Positions 37,399 to 40,830 of a stretch of 40,830 bases of DNA are shown here, piece after piece. The notes below the pieces were generated by a model. It had not been told where the DNA came from. It saw only the letters and a list, made by a program, of their open reading frames with translations, and searched no databases. The stretch is from the sequence record SRR20825006_2320; one strand, written 5' to 3'. Made by a program: the position numbers and the translations under genes. Position 1 is the stretch's first letter. Each line of letters begins with the position of its first letter.

Positions 37399-37566
37399 GG
37401 CTCGTGCCAGGGTTTCCGCAACGGACAGTCAAGCCGCGTAAGCTGCGGTATCAATGGGCCGTTACAACGTTTCCCGTTTAGATCGCGGCTTTGCGGTGTT
37501 GGTGCAACGCGTCAGAGAGAGCCTCGAGCAACGCAGAGGCGCGGTCAGCCAGCGTGTTCGGATCGA

Positions 37567-38253
37567 TCACTGGATCGCCTCCACCGCATCACGGATCGCA
37601 CGCATGTTTTCGCCATAGACTCCAGGCTGGGAAACAGACCCGCCCCGGAACACGGCCGACCCGGCGACCAGCACATCGGCCCCCGCCTGCGCCATTCCTG
37701 GTGCGGTCGTCGGGTCCATCCCGCCGTCGATCTCGATATGGATTTCACGGTCGCCGATCATCTTGCGCAGGCGTCGCACCTTGTCGGTCATGTCGATGTA
37801 TTTCTGGCCACCAAAACCGGGGTTCACCGTCATGACACAGATCAGGTCTGTCAGGTCCAGCAGATGCGCCACCGCCTCGGCCGGCGTGCCGGGGTTGAGT
37901 GCCACACCCGCTTTCATGCCCGCGCCGCGGATCGCCTGAAGCGTGCGGTGGATGTGCGGGCCCGCCTCGACATGGGCGGTCAGGATATCCGCTCCGGCAT
38001 CCGCGTAGGCGTCGATGTAAGGATCGACCGGCGCAATCATCAAGTGGACGTCCATGACGGTTTTCACATGTGGGCGAAATGCCTTTACCGCCATCGGGCC
38101 AAACGTCAGATTGGGCACGAAATGCCCGTCCATGACATCGACATGAACCCAATCGGCACCCTGTGCCTCAATGGCTTGAATTTCCGCCCCGAAATTCGCG
38201 AAATCGGCGGACAGGATGGATGGTGCGATCTTGATGGATCGGTGGAATGTCAT
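37567..38253 (-). CDS. rpe: Ribulose-phosphate 3-epimerase
   Basis: IAPSILSADF, HVDVMDGHFVPN, DVHLMI, MTVNPGFGGQ, EIDGG. Confidence 0.97.
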   Translation of the reverse strand: MTFHRSIKIAPSILSADFANFGAEIQAIEAQGADWVHVDVMDGHFVPNLTFGPMAVKAFRPHVKTVMDVHLMIAPVDPYIDAYADAGADILTAHVEAGPHIHRTLQAIRGAGMKAGVALNPGTPAEAVAHLLDLTDLICVMTVNPGFGGQKYIDMTDKVRRLRKMIGDREIHIEIDGGMDPTTAPGMAQAGADVLVAGSAVFRGGSVSQPGVYGENMRAIRDAVEAIQ

Positions 38254-38624
38254 GACGTGGCCTCCAGAGTTTGGATGATGGGAACGAATTTTGCCGCTGT
38301 CAGGGATGCACCACCGACCAGACCGCCATCGACATCTGCAAGAGCGAAAATCCCGGCAGCTTTGGACGCGTTCGCCGACTCGCCACAGAGGATCGAAAGC
38401 GAAGGATCGGGCAATTTGGAGCGGATGAAGGCGTGGGTCTGTGCAATCTCGCCGATGCCGGGGGTCCGCCCGGTGCCGATCGCCCAGACGGGTTCGTAGG
38501 CCATGATCGTGTTGCCTGCATTGTCACCTTCGGGTAGGGCCCCTGCGATCTGGTCGACAATTGAGAGGTCGGTCGTCAGACCCTTTATCTTCCAGTTGCC
38601 AATTGCGTTGCTACGTCGGGTCAT
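38250..38624 (-). pseudogene. tpiA: Triosephosphate isomerase pseudogene (large in-frame internal deletion)
   Basis: Only 124 aa: GNWK near the start joins almost directly to AYEPVWAIGTG; the catalytic His region is absent; YGGSV has decayed to CGESA; DGGLVGGASL retained. Confidence 0.87.
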
Positions 38625-38687
38625 TTGTATCCTCGGGTCAGGGAATGTGGGCTGGTGCAGACGCACCGACCCATCGTTGATCTGGAG

Positions 38688-39737
38688 TCAGAGGCTGCCA
38701 TCGGCGTAGCGACGCGCCATATCGTCCATCGGGATGACCTTGATGCTGGCGGCATTGCCCGCCGTGCCAAAGCGTTCAAACCGGTCGCGGCAGAGCTTTT
38801 CCATTTCCGCCATCGCGGGGATCGTGAATTTGCGCGGGTCGAACTCGGTCGGCTTGTCCTTCGCGACCTTGCGGAACTGGCCGGTGATCGCCATGCGGAT
38901 GTCGGTGTCAATGTTGACCTTGCGCACACCCGACTTGATGCCGCGCTCGATTTCTTCGACCGGCACGCCATAGGTCTGGGGCATCTCGCCGCCGCTTTCG
39001 TTGATCAGGTCTTGCAGGTATTGCGGGACCGAGCTTGATCCATGCATGACCAGATGCACGTCGGGGATCTTGGCGTGGATGTCCTCGATCCGCTGGATTG
39101 CCAGCGTCTCGCCGGTCGGCTTGGAACTGAATTTGTAAGCACCGTGGCTGGTACCGCAGGCAATGGCCAGTGCGTCCACCTTGGTCAGCTTGACGAAGTC
39201 GAGCGATTCATCCGGGTCCGTGAGCAATTGCTCCTTGCTCAGCTTGCCCTCCGCGCCGGAACCGTCTTCTTTTGCCGCTTCGCCGGTTTCCAGGCTGCCC
39301 AGAACACCCAGTTCGCCTTCGACCGAGGCCCCGACCCAATGCGCCATCCGGGCCACGCGTTCGGTGATGGCAATGTTGTAATCCCAGTCAGCGGGGGTCT
39401 TCATGTCTTCCATGAGTGAGCCATCCATCATCACCGAGGTGAACCCGTGGCGGATTGCGGACAGGCAGGTCGCTTCGTTGTTGCCGTGATCCTGGTGCAT
39501 GCAGATCGGAATATCGGGATACATCTCGGACAATGCCTGGATCATGTGGCGCAGCATGATATCGCCCGCATAGGACCGCGCGCCGCGGCTGGCCTGCATG
39601 ATGACAGGCGCATCGCAGGCGGCGGCGGCCTTCATGATCGCCAGACCCTGTTCCATGTTGTTGATGTTGAAGGCGGGAACGCCGTAGCCCTTTTCGGCGG
39701 CGTGATCGAGCAGTTGACGAAGTGTAATCAAAGCCAT
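38688..39737 (-). CDS. fba: Class II fructose-bisphosphate aldolase (CbbA-type)
   Basis: [50 protein letters not shown]. Confidence 0.96.
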   Translation of the reverse strand: MALITLRQLLDHAAEKGYGVPAFNINNMEQGLAIMKAAAACDAPVIMQASRGARSYAGDIMLRHMIQALSEMYPDIPICMHQDHGNNEATCLSAIRHGFTSVMMDGSLMEDMKTPADWDYNIAITERVARMAHWVGASVEGELGVLGSLETGEAAKEDGSGAEGKLSKEQLLTDPDESLDFVKLTKVDALAIACGTSHGAYKFSSKPTGETLAIQRIEDIHAKIPDVHLVMHGSSSVPQYLQDLINESGGEMPQTYGVPVEEIERGIKSGVRKVNIDTDIRMAITGQFRKVAKDKPTEFDPRKFTIPAMAEMEKLCRDRFERFGTAGNAASIKVIPMDDMARRYADGSL

Positions 39738-39748
39738 TTTGAATCCTT

Positions 39749-39838
39749 TCAGGCCGCTTTCGCGGCGTCTTGCAATGCGGCGATACCGGGCAGCGTCTTG
39801 CCGCAACCCCCCACATCCATGATTGAAGGTATCGTCAT
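39749..39838 (-). pseudogene. pgk: Phosphoglycerate kinase scar (N- and C-termini fused, 29 aa)
   Basis: ATG overlaps the gap stop (TGATG): [39 protein letters not shown] matches the Pgk C-terminal motif; position between gap and fba. Confidence 0.8.
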
Positions 39839-40830
39839 CAGATGAGCGCCCCCATCGCCACCGCCGTATCGGACATTCGGTTGGAGAACCCCCATTCGTT
39901 GTCGTACCAGGACAGGATGCGGACCATGCGACCCTCCATCACTTTGGTCTGGTCCATGTGAAAGACCGACGAATGGGGGTCGTGATTGAAATCGGCGGAC
40001 ACGTTGGGATGGTCGGTAAAACCCAGCACGCCCTTCATCGGCCCATTGGCAGCGGCGCGGATGGCGGTGTTGACCTCTTCGACCGTGGTATCACGAGCGG
40101 CTTCGAAGACCAGATCGACAACCGAGACGTTTGGCGTCGGGACGCGGATCGCCACGCCATCCAGCTTGCCCGCCAGTTCCGGCAGCACAAGCCCCACCGC
40201 CTTGGCCGCCCCGGTCGAGGTCGGGATCATCGACAGTGCCGCGGCGCGGGCGCGGTAGAGATCGCCACGCATGTAATCCAGTGTCGGCTGGTCGCCGGTA
40301 TAGCTGTGGATCGTGGTCATGAAACCCTTGGAGATCCCGATGGCGTCATTCAGGGCTTTGGCGACCGGCGACAGGCAGTTGGTGGTGCAGGACGCGTTGG
40401 AAACAACCATGTCAGCAGCCGTCAGCGTTTTGTGATTGACCCCGTAGACGATGGTTTTGTCGGCACCGGACGCAGGGGCAGACACCAGCACGCGTTTGGA
40501 TCCGTTTTCAAGATGCAAGGCAGCTTTGTCGCGGTCGGTGAAAAGGCCGGTGCATTCCATTGCGATGTCGACGCCACTCCAAGGCAGGTCTTTCGGATCG
40601 CGGATTGACGTGACCTTGATCCGGCCACGGCCCACGTCGATCCAGTCTTCGCCCGTCGTGACCTCTCCGGGGAAACGCCCGTGCACGCTGTCGAACCGCA
40701 ACAGATGGGCGTTGGTTTCTACCGGACCAAGGTCATTGATGGCGACAACTTCGATATCGGTGCGACCGGATTCAACGATCGCGCGAAGCACATTCCGTCC
40801 GATACGGCCAAAGCCGTTGATGGCAACTTT
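39838..40830 (-). CDS. gap: Type I glyceraldehyde-3-phosphate dehydrogenase; first codons lie beyond the window edge
   Basis: [12 protein letters not shown] at the window end, [10 protein letters not shown] active site, SWYDNEWGF. Confidence 0.98.
   Translation of the reverse strand, partial: KVAINGFGRIGRNVLRAIVESGRTDIEVVAINDLGPVETNAHLLRFDSVHGRFPGEVTTGEDWIDVGRGRIKVTSIRDPKDLPWSGVDIAMECTGLFTDRDKAALHLENGSKRVLVSAPASGADKTIVYGVNHKTLTAADMVVSNASCTTNCLSPVAKALNDAIGISKGFMTTIHSYTGDQPTLDYMRGDLYRARAAALSMIPTSTGAAKAVGLVLPELAGKLDGVAIRVPTPNVSVVDLVFEAARDTTVEEVNTAIRAAANGPMKGVLGFTDHPNVSADFNHDPHSSVFHMDQTKVMEGRMVRILSWYDNEWGFSNRMSDTAVAMGALI

Noticed and set aside
37429-37466. Possible IS terminus (minus strand TGTAACGGCCC...)
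   Set aside because: No partner repeat or transposase sequence nearby; family cannot be assigned without a search.
37567-40830. Evidence of Calvin-cycle autotrophy from CbbA-type fba and rpe
   Set aside because: No RuBisCO or phosphoribulokinase in the window; these genes also serve heterotrophic metabolism.
1-40830. CRISPR array, tRNA/rRNA, prophage or defence system
   Set aside because: No regularly spaced repeats, RNA-gene signatures or phage/defence domains seen; nearly all sequence is explained by metabolic genes and IS remnants.

Overview
High-GC alphaproteobacterial DNA (Rhodobacteraceae-like, inferred from protein style and gene content) built as a mosaic of four accessory modules separated by decayed IS elements or gene scars. 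(1) 1-13570: a probable hydroaromatic (quinate/shikimate-type) catabolic cluster with two paralogous KstD/FAD_binding_2-type flavoproteins, NIPSNAP, two SDRs, a QuiC1-like dehydroshikimate dehydratase, a shikimate/quinate dehydrogenase, a TctCBA transporter and a TIM-barrel enzyme. Candidate operators for its AraC and LysR regulators can be read directly from the DNA. (2) 14171-26933: a myo-inositol uptake/catabolism island (iolG, ABC transporter, second dehydrogenase, iolC-D-E-B, Hyi-like isomerase) opposite a LacI regulator, with tandem perfect palindromes between them. (3) 27767-36827: a complete clade I nitrous oxide reductase operon nosRZDFYLX. It is headed by a small nosC/DUF2946-like ORF carrying a signal-like N-terminus, CXXC and a C-terminal RAPP motif. 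This ORF is a candidate copper-sensing ribosome-arrest leader, apparently translated from a leaderless FNR-family promoter, and is the most interesting feature here. (4) 37567-40830: a gap-(pgk)-fba-(tpiA)-rpe operon in which pgk has collapsed to a 29-codon in-frame scar and tpiA has lost its middle. No rRNA, tRNA or CRISPR array was seen. All calls come from reading the sequence and recalled family knowledge; no searches were run.
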